From positions 398,722,001 to 398,786,000 of the forward strand of contig OZ024741.1 of NCBI GenBank assembly GCA_964016885.1: a stretch of DNA of 64,000 nucleotides, read 5' to 3'. This stretch comes from Eledone cirrhosa (lineage: Eukaryota). The first letter of the stretch is position 1. Each line of letters starts with the position of its first letter. Positions 53,391 through 64,000 of the stretch are shown in pieces. Under the pieces are notes generated by a model. The model was not told where the DNA came from and did no database searches. It saw nothing but the letters and a program-made list of their open reading frames with translations. The translations under genes and the position numbers were made by a program.

Positions 53391-56348
53391 ATGTGTGTGT
53401 GACAACCCACACCTATTGGTGTGTGTGTGACAGCCCACACCTATGTGTGTGTATGTGACAGCCCACACTTATTGGTGTGTGTGTGACAGCCCACACCTAT
53501 GTGTGTGTGTGTGTGTGTGATAGCCCACACCTATGTGTGTGTGTGACAGCCCACACCTATGTGTGTGTGTGTGACAGCCCACACCTATGTGTGTGTGTGT
53601 GACAGCCCACACCTATGTGTGTGTGTGTGACAGCCCACACCTATGTGTGTGTGTGACAGCTCACACCTATGTGTGTGTGTGTGACAGCCCTCACCTATGT
53701 GTGTGTGTGTGACAGCCCACACCTATGTGTGTGTGTGTGACAGCTCACACCTATGTGTGTGTGTGTGACAGCCGACACCTATGTGTGTGTGTGTGACAGC
53801 CCACACCAATGTGTGTGTGTGTGTGACAGCCCACACCTATGTGTGTGTGTGTGTGACAGCCCACACCTATGTGTGTGTGTGTGACAGCCCACGCCTATTG
53901 GTGTGTGTGTGACAGCCCACACCTATGTGTGTGTGTGTGTGTGACAGCCCACACCTATGTGTGTGTGTGTGTGACAGCCCACACCTATGTGTGTGTGTGT
54001 GACAGGCCACACCTATGTGTGTGTGTGTGACAGCCCACACCTATGTGTGTGTGTGTGACAGCCACACCTATGTGTGTGTGTGTGTGTGACAGCTCACACC
54101 TATGTGTGTGTGACAGCCCACACCTATGTGTGTGTGTGTGACAGCCCACACCTATGTGTGTGTGTGTATGTGTGTGACAGCTCACACCTATGTGTGTGTG
54201 TGTGTGTGACAGCTCACACCTATGTGTGTGTGTGTGACAGCCGACACCTATGTGTGTGTGTGTGACAGCCCACACCTATGTGTGTGTGTGTGACAGCTCA
54301 CACCTATGTGTGTGTGTGTGACAGCCCACACCTATGTGTGTGTGTGTGTGACAGCCCACACCTATGTGTGTGTGTGTGACACCCCACACCTATGTGTGTG
54401 TGTGAGACAGCCGACACCTATGTGTGTGTGTGTGTGACAGCCCACACTTATGTGTGTGTGTGTGTGACAGCCCACACCTATGTGTATGTGACAGCCCACA
54501 CCTATGTGTGTGTGTGTGACAGCCCACACCTATGTGTGTGTGTGACAGCCCAAACCTATGTGTGTGGGTGTGTGACAGCTCACACCTATGTGTGTGTGTG
54601 TGTGACAGCCCACACCTATGTGTGTGTGTGTGACAGCCCACACCTATGTGTGTGTGTTTGTGACAGCCCACACCTATTGGTGTGTGACAGCTCACATCTA
54701 TGTGTGTGTGTGTGACAGCCCACACCTATGTGTGTGTGTGTGAGACAGCCCACACCTATTGGTGTGTGACAGCTCACATCTATGTGTGTGTGTGTGTGTG
54801 ACAGCCCACACCTATGTGTGTGTGTGTGAGACAGCCCACACCTATGTGTGTGTGTTTGTGACAGCCCACACCTATTGGTGTGTGACAGCTCACATCTATG
54901 TGTGTGTGTGTGACAGCCCACACCTATGTGTGTGTATGTGTGACAGCCCACACCTATTGGTGTGTGACAGCTCACATCTATGTGTGTGTGTGTGACAGCC
55001 CACACCTATGTGTGTGTGTGTGAGACAGCCCACACCTATGTGTGTGTGTTTGTGACAGCTCACACCTATGTGTATGTGTGTGTGACAGCCGACACCTATG
55101 TGTATGTGTGTGTGACAGCTCACACCTATATGTGTGTGTGTGTGACAGGCCACACCTATGTGTGTGTGTGTGTGACAGCCCACACCTATGTGTGTTTGTG
55201 TGACAGCCCACACCTATGTGTGTGTGTTTGTGACATCTCACACCTATGTGTGTGTGTGTGACAGCTCACACCTATGTGTGTGTGTGTGTGTGTGACAGCC
55301 CACACCTATGTGTGTGTGTGTGTGACAGCTCACACCTATGTGTGTGTGTGTGACAGCTCACACCTATGTGTGTGTGTGTGACAGCCCTCACCTATGTGTG
55401 TGTGTGTGACAGCCCACACCTATGTGTGTGTGTGTGACAGCTCACACCTATGTGTGTGTGTGTGACAGCCCACACCAATGTGTGTGTGTGTGACAGCCCA
55501 CACCTATGTGTGTGTGTGTGTGACAGCCCACACCTATGTGTGTGTGTGTGACAGCCCACACCTATTGGTGTGTGTGTGACAGCCCACACCTATGTGTGTG
55601 TGTGTGTGTGACAGCCCACACCTATGTGTGTGTGTGTGTGACAGCCCACACCTATGTGTGTGTGTGTAACAGGCCACACCTATGTGTGTGTGTGTGACAG
55701 CCCACACCTATGTGTGTGTGTGTGACAGCCACACCTATGTGTGTGTGTGTGTGACAGCTCACACCTATGTGTGTGTGTGTGACAGCCCACACCTATGTGT
55801 GTGTGTGTGACAGCCCACACCTATGTGTGTGTGTGAATGTGTGTGACAGCTCACACCTATGTGTGTGTGTGTGTGTGACAGCTCACACCTATGTGTGTGT
55901 GTGTGACAGCCGACACCTATGTGTGTGTGTGTGTGACAGCCCACACCTATGTGTGTGTGTGTGACAGCTCACACCTATGTGTGTGTGTGTGACAGCCCAC
56001 ACCTATGTGTGTGTGTGTGTGACAGCCCACACCTATGTGTGTGTGTGTGACACCCCACACCTATGTGTGTGTGTGAGACAGCCGATACCTATGTGTGTGT
56101 GTGTGTGACAGCCCACACTTATGTGTGTGTGTGTGTGACAGCCCACACCTATGTGTGTGTGACAGCCCACACCTATGTGTGTGTGTGTGACAGCCCACAC
56201 CTATGTGTGTGTGACAGCCCAAACCTATGTGTGTGGGTGTGTGACAGCTCACACCTTTGTGTGTGTGTGTGTGACAGCCCACACCTATGTGTGTGTGTGT
56301 GACAGCCCACACCTATGTGTGTGTGTTTGTGACAGCCCACACCTATGT
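53391..56348. repeat. Compound minisatellite: constant core GACAGC[C/T]CACACCTAT + variable (GT)n, ~100 units
   Basis: Directly visible. It accounts for all HTHT/CVCV ORFs between 53268 and 56360. Confidence 0.98.
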
Positions 56349-56379
56349 AAGCTGAAATAGTTTCAGAGTTGCTTCCCCT

Positions 56380-56623
56380 GACAGTGGAAACACGTGCGCG
56401 CGTGCGAATGTTTTTTGCGCACGCGTAGAGAGAGAGTGAGAGAGTGAGAGTGAAAGAAAGAGACAGACTACAAAAGGGGGATAGCGGGAGGGAGGGGGGA
56501 ATTGAGGAGTGCTACAGAAACATATATACATTTCTGTGTGTGTGTAATATATATATATATACACACAGAAATATAGAAATATATATATATACACACAGAA
56601 ATATATATACATTTCTATGTGTG

Positions 56624-56700
<77 letters not shown>

Positions 56701-56780
56701 GAAATGTATATATATTTCTGTGTGTATTACACACACAGAAATGTATATATATATATATACACACAGAAATATATATACAT
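56380..56780 (+). repeat. Dispersed copy of the internal part of Helitron-like element B (59768-60247)
   Basis: GACAGTGGAAACACGTGCGCGCGTGCGAATGTTTTTTGCGCACGCGTAGAGAG...GGGGGATAGCGGGAGGG...GGAGTGCTACAGAAACATATATACATTTCTG is shared with 59768-60050. It includes a (TA)n run at 56626-56692. Confidence 0.85.
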
Positions 56781-56931
56781 CCCTTAGCTACTGTACTGTA
56801 TCTGTTGCTATCTCTCTCTCTCCCTCCAGCTATCCCTATCTTTTAGTCTGTCTGTTTCTCTCACTCTCACTCTTTCTCTTTGTAACACATTAACATTCCT
56901 CCCCTCTATCGCTGTGACGAATGGGGAGATG

Positions 56932-56958
56932 GAGGAGGAGGAGGAGGAGGAGGAGGAG
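56932..56958. repeat. (GAG)9 microsatellite
   Basis: Directly visible; source of the poly-E ORF. Confidence 0.9.
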
Positions 56959-57028
56959 AGAGTCACTTCGTCACTTCACCTCTGCCTTTCTTTCTCTCCC
57001 CTCTCACTCCCTCATTACGTACAGACAT

Positions 57029-57224
57029 TAGGGCGGTGGATTGGCAGAATCTGTAGCGAGTCGGACACCATGCTTCATAGCATGGAGTTACGTCCCTTTA
57101 CAGTCTGAGTTCAAATACCGCCGAGGTTAACTTTGCCTTTCATCCTCACGGGGTCGATAAAATAAAGAACCAGTAATGTACTGGGTAATTGCTGGCCTTG
57201 TGCCAAAAGTAGGAACAATTATTA
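57029..57224 (+). mobile_element. tRNA-derived SINE (octopus-like family), near full length
   Basis: A-box-like GGTGGATTGGCAGAATC and B box GAGTTCAAATAC (57107-57118). Central CCGAGGTTAACTTTGCCTTTCATCCTCACGGGGTCGATAAAATAA and 3' CTTGTGCCAAAA...ATTATT tail. Homologous fragments at 51513, 52087 and ~53212-53245. Confidence 0.85.
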
Positions 57225-57342
57225 GAAACATTGCTTCATTTTTACATATCTAAGCATTAGTAAAATAACTAATAATTTCAAAAGTAATTTTTCAATTCCA
57301 ATTGTTATGAACAGCAAAACATTAATACTAATTTTGTTCTAA

Positions 57343-57610
57343 GAAATATATATACATTTCTGTGTGTGTAATATATATATATATACACACACACAGAAAT
57401 ATATATACATTTCTGTGTGTAATATATATATATATATACACACAGAAATATATATACATTTCTGTGTGTGTAATATATATATATACACACAGAAATATAT
57501 ATACATTTCTGTGTGTGTAATATATATATACACACACAGAAATATATATATATACACACAGAAATATATATACATTTCTGTGTGTCTAATATATATATAT
57601 ATATATATAC
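57343..57610. repeat. Self-complementary minisatellite ACACAGAAATATATATACATTTCTGTGTGT + (TA)n
   Basis: About 5 units. The same unit also clusters at 56513-56780 and 60026-60247. Confidence 0.9.
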
Positions 57611-58744
57611 ATTATGAAGAGAGAAGAAACATTTAGATATAATTAGTAATAAAATGTATCATACCTAAACTGTTCCTAAATTCCTCGACTACGTAGTTTC
57701 GTGGCATAAACAAAAACAATATATCAAAGATATAGAGTCCTTGCGAGGTCTGCCGACTTATCAAGAGGATACCTCATTTTACTAGTCTCAAGAACGCGTC
57801 TACACGACGTGAGAAAGAATCCCAAAAGGCGGAGGGGGAGATAGTCACGCGATATAACGGTCGAGAAACAGAGCTAAGCCTCTTATAACCACGAAAAAAA
57901 TACCACGGAGGCGGAGGGGGTATTCATATCGAGGCCGTAGAAGAGGTAGTGAAGAAGGCGAGAAGTATGAGTAATGGAAGCTTTCCAGTTGTCCCCACAC
58001 TTCAAAGATTGCTCGACCAGAGGGAGTTATTAATACATTTAGAAACACACAGATACATGCGGACACACACATATATACATGAATGCATCCGCACCCAACT
58101 GTGAGTTAAGGGTGCCAACTTCACCGATGTTGCTCAATGAATGACTGGGACAGACCAATTCAGTTTGAACCAGACTGAACCAGTATCAGAGTTAAAAATA
58201 CATTATGAAGAGAGAAGAAACATTTAGATATAATTAGTAATAAAATGTATCATACCTAAACTGTTCCTAAATTCCTCGACTACGTAGTTTCGTGGCATAA
58301 ACAAAAACAATATATCAAAGATATAGAGTCCTTGCGAGGTCTGCCGACTTATCAAGAGGATACCTCATTTTACTAGTCTCAAGAACGCGTCTACACGACG
58401 TGAGAAAGAATCCCAAAAGGCGGAGGGGGAGATAGTCACGCGATATAACGGTCGAGAAACAGAGCTAAGCCTCTTATAACCACGAAAAAAATACCACGGA
58501 GGCGGAGGGGGTATTCATATCGAGGCCGTAGAAGAGGTAGTGAAGAAGGCGAGAAGTATGAGTAATGGAAGCTTTCCAGTTGTCCCCACACTTCAAAGAT
58601 TGCTCGACCAGAGGGAGTTATTAATACATTTAGAAACACACAGATACATGCGGACACACACATATATACATGAATGCATCCGCACCCAACTGTGAGTTAA
58701 GGGTGCCAACTTCACCGATGTTGCTCAATGAATGACTGGGACAG
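57607..58744 (+). repeat. 591-bp tandem duplication (57607-58197 and 58198-58744, second copy truncated)
   Basis: Identical ORF-track peptides at 57845 and 58436 (offset 591); the copies look identical by eye. Confidence 0.95.
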
Positions 58745-58767
58745 TCGGACACACACATATATACATG

Positions 58768-58934
58768 AATGTATTTTTAACTCTGATACTGGTTCAGTCT
58801 AGTTCAACTGAATTGGTCTGTCCCAGTCATTCATTGAGCAACATCGGTGAAGTTGGCACCCTTAACGCACAGTTGGGTGCGGATGCATTCATGTATATAT
58901 GTGTGTGTCCGCATGTATCTGTGTGTTTCTAAAT
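58768..58934 (-). repeat. Inverted copy of 58037-58204
   Basis: AATGTATTTTTAACTCTGATACTGG...GTGTTTCTAAAT is the reverse complement of ATTTAGAAACAC...CCAGTATCAGAGTTAAAAATACATT, with ~3 differences. Confidence 0.93.
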
Positions 58935-58974
58935 ATATTGTATATATATATATATATATATACACACACAGAAA

Positions 58975-59241
58975 TATATGGGCATTTCTCTGTTTGTCTG
59001 TCTGTCTGTCTGTCTGTTCTTCCCTAAAACTCAAATGTAGGTGCTACAGAAATATTACCTTCCCCTTCCTTTCTCCACTTTGGTACTACCAAGAGAAACA
59101 CTGTTGCTATAGAAACATTACCTTCCCCTCTCCACTGACTTTGGTCACTGAGGCCGAGGGAATCGCTGGTTGCTATAGAGACACCTTGCACAAGCCAGAA
59201 GTAACCAGTTCGAGGCGGTTCTGACTTGACACCATGCCAAG
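58975..59241 (+). mobile_element. Possible degraded non-autonomous Helitron-like element (upstream unit of the tandem train)
   Basis: The head TATGGGCATTTCTCTGTTTGTCTGTCTG matches 59258-59295, and CCCTAAAACTC matches element C. It ends CCAAG directly before the next TC. No clear hairpin. Confidence 0.4.
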
Positions 59242-59722
59242 TCTACTTATAATATATAATGGGCATTTCTCTGTTTGTTTGTCTGTCTGTCCGTCTGTAA
59301 AAAATGCCAAGGAAACAAATAGACGCGGTTTCAAATCTCTATGCTTTTCAAATTCATTACATTAATCTTTATCTATACGTTTCGCTTTACGAGTGTTTCG
59401 ACTTACGAGTGTTTCGGCTTACGAGTGTTTCGGCTTATCATTTCGCAAACGTTTATATATTTCCATCGTTATATCATAACGTTTATGTATCGTAACGTTT
59501 ATATTTCCGTCATTAATCTCTTTCTCCTTTTTCGTTTTAACATATATTTATTTCAAAGATTTCACCGCATAGATAACATATATATTTATACATGCATAAA
59601 AGACACACCGAGAGACGGTGAACATGTGGTGCCGAAAACATTTCTCATCCAAATCTCAACAATATCAGTATATACACTAGATTTGCTAGCAGATAACCGC
59701 CCACCGGGTGGTTTTCTGCTAG
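59242..59722 (+). mobile_element. Non-autonomous Helitron-like element A
   Basis: 5' TCTACTTATAATATATAA...(CTGT)n head. 3' hairpin CTAGCAGATAACCGCCC-ACC-GGGTGGTTTTCTGCTAG ending in CTAG. Confidence 0.65.
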
Positions 59723-60176
59723 TCTCCTTATAATATATAACCAGCAATTTCTCTGTCTGTCTGTCCGACAGTGGAAACACGTGCGCGCGTGCGAATGTTT
59801 TTTGCGCACGCGTAGAGAGAGAGTGAGAGTGAAAGAAAGAGAAGACTACGAGAGGGGGATAGCGGGAGGGAGAGAGGGAGAGAGAGAGAGTGAATAGACG
59901 CTAAAACACGTGCTCACGTGCGAATGTTTTTTGCGCACGCGTAGAGAGAGAGTGAGAGTGAAAGAAAGAGACAGACTACAAGAGGGGGATAGCGGGAGGG
60001 AGAGAGGGGTGAATTAAGGAGTGCTACAGAAACATATATACATTTCTGTGTGTGTGTAATATATATATATATACACACACAGAAATATATATATATACAC
60101 ACAGAAATATATATACATTTCTGTGTGTGTAATATATATATACATACAGAAATATATATACATTTCTGTGTGTGTA

Positions 60177-60207
<31 letters not shown>

Positions 60208-60284
60208 GAAATATATATACATTTCTGTGTGTGTAATATATATATATACTAGCAGAAAACCACGCGTAGGCGGTTTTCTGCTAG
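59723..60284 (+). mobile_element. Non-autonomous Helitron-like element B
   Basis: 5' TCTCCTTATAATATATAA...(CTGT)n. 3' ACTAGCAGAAAACC-N10-GGTTTTCTGCTAG(T). Internal ~140-bp-period duplication and palindromic minisatellite. Confidence 0.65.
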
Positions 60285-61139
60285 TCTATATATATAAAAC
60301 TGAGGATGTCTGTCTGTGTGTGTGTGAGTTCGAATCACTAAAACTCGAGAACCACCCAACCGACTGTTTTCAAACTTTACACATGTAATACTTATGTTTC
60401 AGGGAGTGTTCTGAGCAAAAAGAAATTTCAAATTTTCAATGCCCTAGGGACCGCATTAGGCGATGTAGCGATCTCTCTCTATAATTCTTAGTCTTTCTCT
60501 TTTTAGATAGATACATACATATAACGTCGTGCCCCTATAATATCTGTCTGCATGTCTGACTGTCTGCATTACGTCACTTCCCCGAGGATGTGTGTGTGTG
60601 TGACTGTGAGTTTGAATCCCTAAAACTCGAGAAGTACCCAACCGATTTTTCAAACTTTACATTCAACCTTTTTTTATCTCATTAGGTGAAAAACTGCGTT
60701 TTTAAAGATTTTTAGGTTTTTTTTGAGGCGTTACGTCAGACCGATTTCCTTGAAATTGTAATTATGTATTAGTTAGTCTCTTCTTCATACCGTGAGCAAA
60801 GGAAATCCAACTTTCTTATGGCCTAGGGCCCACATTAGGTGAAAAACTTCATTTTTTCAGCTTCTTAGGGCTTTTTGGAGGCGTTACGTCTAGCAGATTT
60901 TCCCGACATTTCAAGGCATATTATGCACATAAAAAAAATTCATTTTCTTGATCCCCTAGGTGAAAACCTGCATTTTTTCTGCTTCATCGAGGAAAATCTT
61001 AAAGATTATCCAGCCATCAGAGTATTCGGTTTATTTTCTTTACATATTGTTCAGGCATGCTGTTTTTCCACGATTAGGTCTGTTGGCGGCCCGTGTTCCA
61101 AAATATCTTATCCCGTGCAACACCGGGTACCACTGCTAG
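60285..61139 (+). mobile_element. Non-autonomous Helitron-like element C
   Basis: 5' TCTATATATATAAAACTGAGGATGTCTGTCTGTGTG...AAAACTCGAGAACCACCCAACCGA. Canonical 3' end CCCGTGCAACACCGGG-TACCACTG-CTAG|T (short GC hairpin about a dozen nt before the CTRR end). Internal repeat at 60302-60383 and 60584-60661. Confidence 0.72.
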
Positions 61140-61173
61140 TCATAAATAGAATTTATTTTATTTACATAAATAT

Positions 61174-61312
61174 CACACACACACGCACACACACACACAT
61201 ACACACATACACACACATTTACACATTCACACACGTTCACACATACACATTCACACACACACACACACAGCCATTCACACACACACATTCACACACATTC
61301 ACACACACACAA

Positions 61313-61348
<36 letters not shown>
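61174..61348. repeat. Imperfect (CA)n then (TA)n microsatellite
   Basis: Directly visible. Confidence 0.95.
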
Positions 61349-61640
61349 GCGCATGCCTTAGTGGTTAGAACATTGGGCATGCAATCTTGAGATTGTGAGT
61401 TCGATTCTCGAACAAAGTGATACATTGTGTCCTTGAGAAAGACACTTTATTTCACGTTGTTCCAGTTTACTCAGCCGTGTTGTGACGTCACTGGTGCTAA
61501 GTTGTATCAGCCATTGCCTTTCTCTTGAACAACATGAGTGGCGTGGAGAGAGGAGGCTGGTATACATGGTCTGGTGCTACTAAAGGGGAACTTTCTAGGT
61601 GCAAATCCCATGGTCACTGAAGAGGGTCTTTACACTTTAC
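61349..61640 (+). mobile_element. Second tRNA-derived SINE family (CORE-like central motif), degenerate
   Basis: A box GCCTTAGTGGTTAG, B box GAGTTCGATTC (61397-61407), central TGTGTCCTTGAGAAAGACACTTTATTTCAC, and a short CTTTAC repeat tail. Confidence 0.8.
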
Positions 61641-61664
61641 ACACACACACACACACACACATAC

Positions 61665-61700
<36 letters not shown>

Positions 61701-61715
61701 CATCTATCTATCTAT
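61640..61715. repeat. (CA)n + (TCTA)n microsatellite
   Basis: Directly visible; abuts the LINE 5' truncation. Confidence 0.92.
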
Positions 61716-64000
61716 GTAGATAGAAATAAGACCGAAAAGGAACTGGTAGATAAAGTAGAATAGGCACTTAGGAGTGGCAACGTAGCCAGCGTGCTAGCGA
61801 TGAGAACGACCTTGGACCAGTTCTTCGACGCAAAGCATGAAGGCTGCGATGTCAGAAGCAAAATACGTGCTCTGGGAAATGAGGGAGCCAAAGCTGTTAG
61901 CTGGGCCCGAGTGACGGAGGCGAAAAGTGGCAACAAGTCCACGATTCGGACTTTGAAGGACCAAGACGGACGCGTGATACGTGAGCCGAAGCAGATGTGC
62001 GCGGCCTTTCAGCGGCACTTTGCTCAACTGTTCGGGAGGGGCGGCGCGCCGGGAGGGGCTATGGATTTCGGTCCATACTTCGACGGCCTACCGTGACTCT
62101 CGGACAGCGAGGCGAAGTTCTGCGAAAGGCCGATTTCGGCCGCTGAGATAGGGGACGCGCTGCAATGCGGCAAAAGCAAATCTCCAGGTCTCGACGGTCT
62201 ACCCTACGAACTTTACGTAGCAATGCCGGACTTGTTCTCCGGTCTCATGGAAGCGGTCTACTGCAACTGGCAGCAGAACGGGAAAATTCCCAGTTCTGTG
62301 ACCAAGGGCGTAATCACGTTAGTCAGGAAGGACGAGAACAAGGGGGATGACATAGGCAACTTCCGGCCCATAACTCTGCTCAACACAAAGTTACAGATTT
62401 TGGCCAAGGTGTTGGCAAAGAGGCTGGCGCTTGTCGTCGAAAACCTGGTGGGAGAGGCGCCATCATGCGCAATCCCGACCACGTCCATAGACGACAACCT
62501 CCACCTCATGCGATACATCATAGAGAGGGTAGGGTGTAAACCCGGCTTCCGTGGGGCCCTGATCAACTTGGATCAGTCTAAGGCTTTCGATAGGGTTGAC
62601 CATCGTTACCCGAATGCTGTGCTCGAGGCGGCAGGCTTCGGTCCCGTGTTCAGGGGCTGGATTACTGCAATGCACAACAGCAACATCTGCTCAAGGGTCA
62701 AGGTGAACGGCTACCTCTCGGAGCCGTTCCATATCACGCGATCCATCCGACAGGGATTCCCTCTCTCCTCCCTTCTGTATGTACTGACTCTCGAGCCACT
62801 ACTGCGGAAGATGGAGTTATTGCAGGGCATCCCTTTGGAACCGGGACTGCGAAAAGCGGCGCTGGCCTACGCCGACGACGTGACAGTAATGGTGTCGAGC
62901 ACCTCGCAAATCGGGGAGTTCGGCACCTTACTGGAGGAATACGAAAGGTTCACAGGAGCGAAGCTGAACCGGGACAAATCCGTCGGTTTGCAACTCGGAA
63001 CGTGGAGAGGCAAACCGATGCCTTCCGATGACGTCGTCGGACGCTGGACGGAAGGACCGGTAAATCTGCTCGGGGTCTGGTTTGGTCCTGACCTCCAGGT
63101 GGAGAAGAACTGGAATGAGGTGACGGCCAAGGTGTTTGCGCTCACCCAGAAGTGGGCCGAGTGCAAACTATCCTTGAAAGGTCGAGCGGAGGTGGCGAAC
63201 ACTTTTATAGCGTCCGTCATCTACTACCGCTTGACCGTCGTGCCTTGTCCAGCCAAAACGCTCACCAAAATGGAGCGCGCGCTCTTCCAATTCCTTTGGA
63301 AGAAACGGGCTCCTTTGGTGAGACGATCCATCTGCTGCCAACACCCTTCAAATGGAGGGCTGGGGATGCCGTGGCTGACGATGCGCAAACACGCGCTCAG
63401 ACTGCGGTACCTCCACGTATTCCTCACCAGACAACCGGTGTGGGCCCCGTTTGTGAGACGAGCCTTCCCACAACTCGTCTCGCTGACCGAGCTGCAGTCC
63501 TGGGTCAAGCAAAGACCGAGGAAAATGGGCGACTGGCACATCGAATGTGCTCAGGCGCTCACAGTCCTCTGGCAAACGGACCCGGCGATCAGTGGAGACT
63601 CCACTTCGACATTCTATAGAGGGTTGGTTCGCAGCAATTGCGACGACACGCCCGGAGAAACTCTAGGCGTAGAGGAGGACGAACTGGCCAGTCTATTCGG
63701 TAGGACTTTCCGCCCGGAACCAATGGACAACTTCCAAAAGTCCCTGGCCTGGCAGTGCTACCGAGGAGCTCTACCAGTTCGAGACACGCTCTACAGTCAT
63801 GGGCTCCCGGGAAAGGACCCTTCGAAAAAGATCTGTCCGAGATGCGTGCGCGACGAGGAAACCGTCGCGCCCGCATTTGTACACAGCCCGGGCGTTACCG
63901 ACCTGTGGGGCTATGTAGAACGACTATTGTCGCGGGTGCGACCAATCCAGTTGACCACCGAGTCCATTGTCATGATCAAACCGCCACCCTCCTTCAAAAC
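61716..64000 (+). mobile_element. 5'-truncated non-LTR retrotransposon (L1 group, Tx1-like); continues past the window
   Basis: Abrupt shift to GC/CpG-rich sequence and a single reading frame with ORF2 RT motifs. No ORF1 or APE endonuclease upstream. Confidence 0.92.
61716..64000 (+). pseudogene. LINE ORF2 reverse transcriptase + zf-RVT remnant
   Basis: Hand translation gives in-frame stops TAG 61761 and TGA 62094, then an open frame 62097-64000 (absent from the ORF track because it runs off the end). Motifs: KSPGLDGLPYELY, NFRPITLLN, LDQSKAFDRVDH, IRQGFPLS, YADD (62868-62879), GAKLNRDKS, LLGVWF, LSLKGRAEVANT, GGLGMP, CPRC (63834-63845). Confidence 0.9.

Noticed and set aside
53391-56348. 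CRISPR array or His/Cys-rich metal-binding protein ORFs
   Set aside because: The 'spacers' are only (GT)n, and the ORFs appear on both strands in several frames as translations of the repeat.
58032-58204. hAT-type insertion with an 8-bp TSD (AATACATT)
   Set aside because: The direct repeat is present but there are no terminal inverted repeats inside it, so it is kept only as junction microhomology.
57845-58663. Duplicated 75-aa ORF as a tandem gene pair
   Set aside because: The identity simply reflects the 591-bp DNA duplication. The ORF starts in a TG-rich tract and has no recognisable domain.
57029-61420. tRNA genes at 57031 and 61349
   Set aside because: A/B boxes are present, but I cannot fold a cloverleaf and both continue into SINE body and tail sequence.
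56343-61723. YIYI/HTHT ORFs and the 171-aa ORF at 60875
   Set aside because: They are microsatellite-driven or span unrelated repeats (Helitron end, (CA)n, SINE head).
61712-63876. Short alternative-frame and antisense ORFs within the LINE
   Set aside because: These are shadow ORFs of the GC-rich ORF2. Only 61791-62096 is in the true RT frame.

Overview
This is gene-free, repeat-dominated animal DNA, not prokaryotic. The SINE families resemble ones I recall from octopus/cephalopod genomes (inference, not a database result). Bases 1 to ~51,520 are one uninterrupted 37-bp satellite of ~1,390 monomers (GTCTAACTTAGCCCTGGCCAT + GTCTAACTTA[A/G]TAA[C/T]A) with irregular kb-scale higher-order duplications. 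The main observation is that the right edge of this array is fused to the 5' (Pol III promoter) half of a minus-strand tRNA-derived SINE exactly at its B box, and the monomer resembles the SINE sequence that should follow. A 3' fragment of the same SINE family 0.5 kb away appears to seed a separate 24-bp minisatellite. The last 12.5 kb contain a core+(GT)n minisatellite, several SINEs, a 591-bp tandem duplication with a fold-back inversion, 3-4 head-to-tail non-autonomous Helitron-like elements joined at CTAG|TC, and a 5'-truncated, decayed L1/Tx1-type LINE ORF2 running off the window end. No host gene, rRNA, true tRNA or CRISPR is supported. All alignments and offsets were done by eye.
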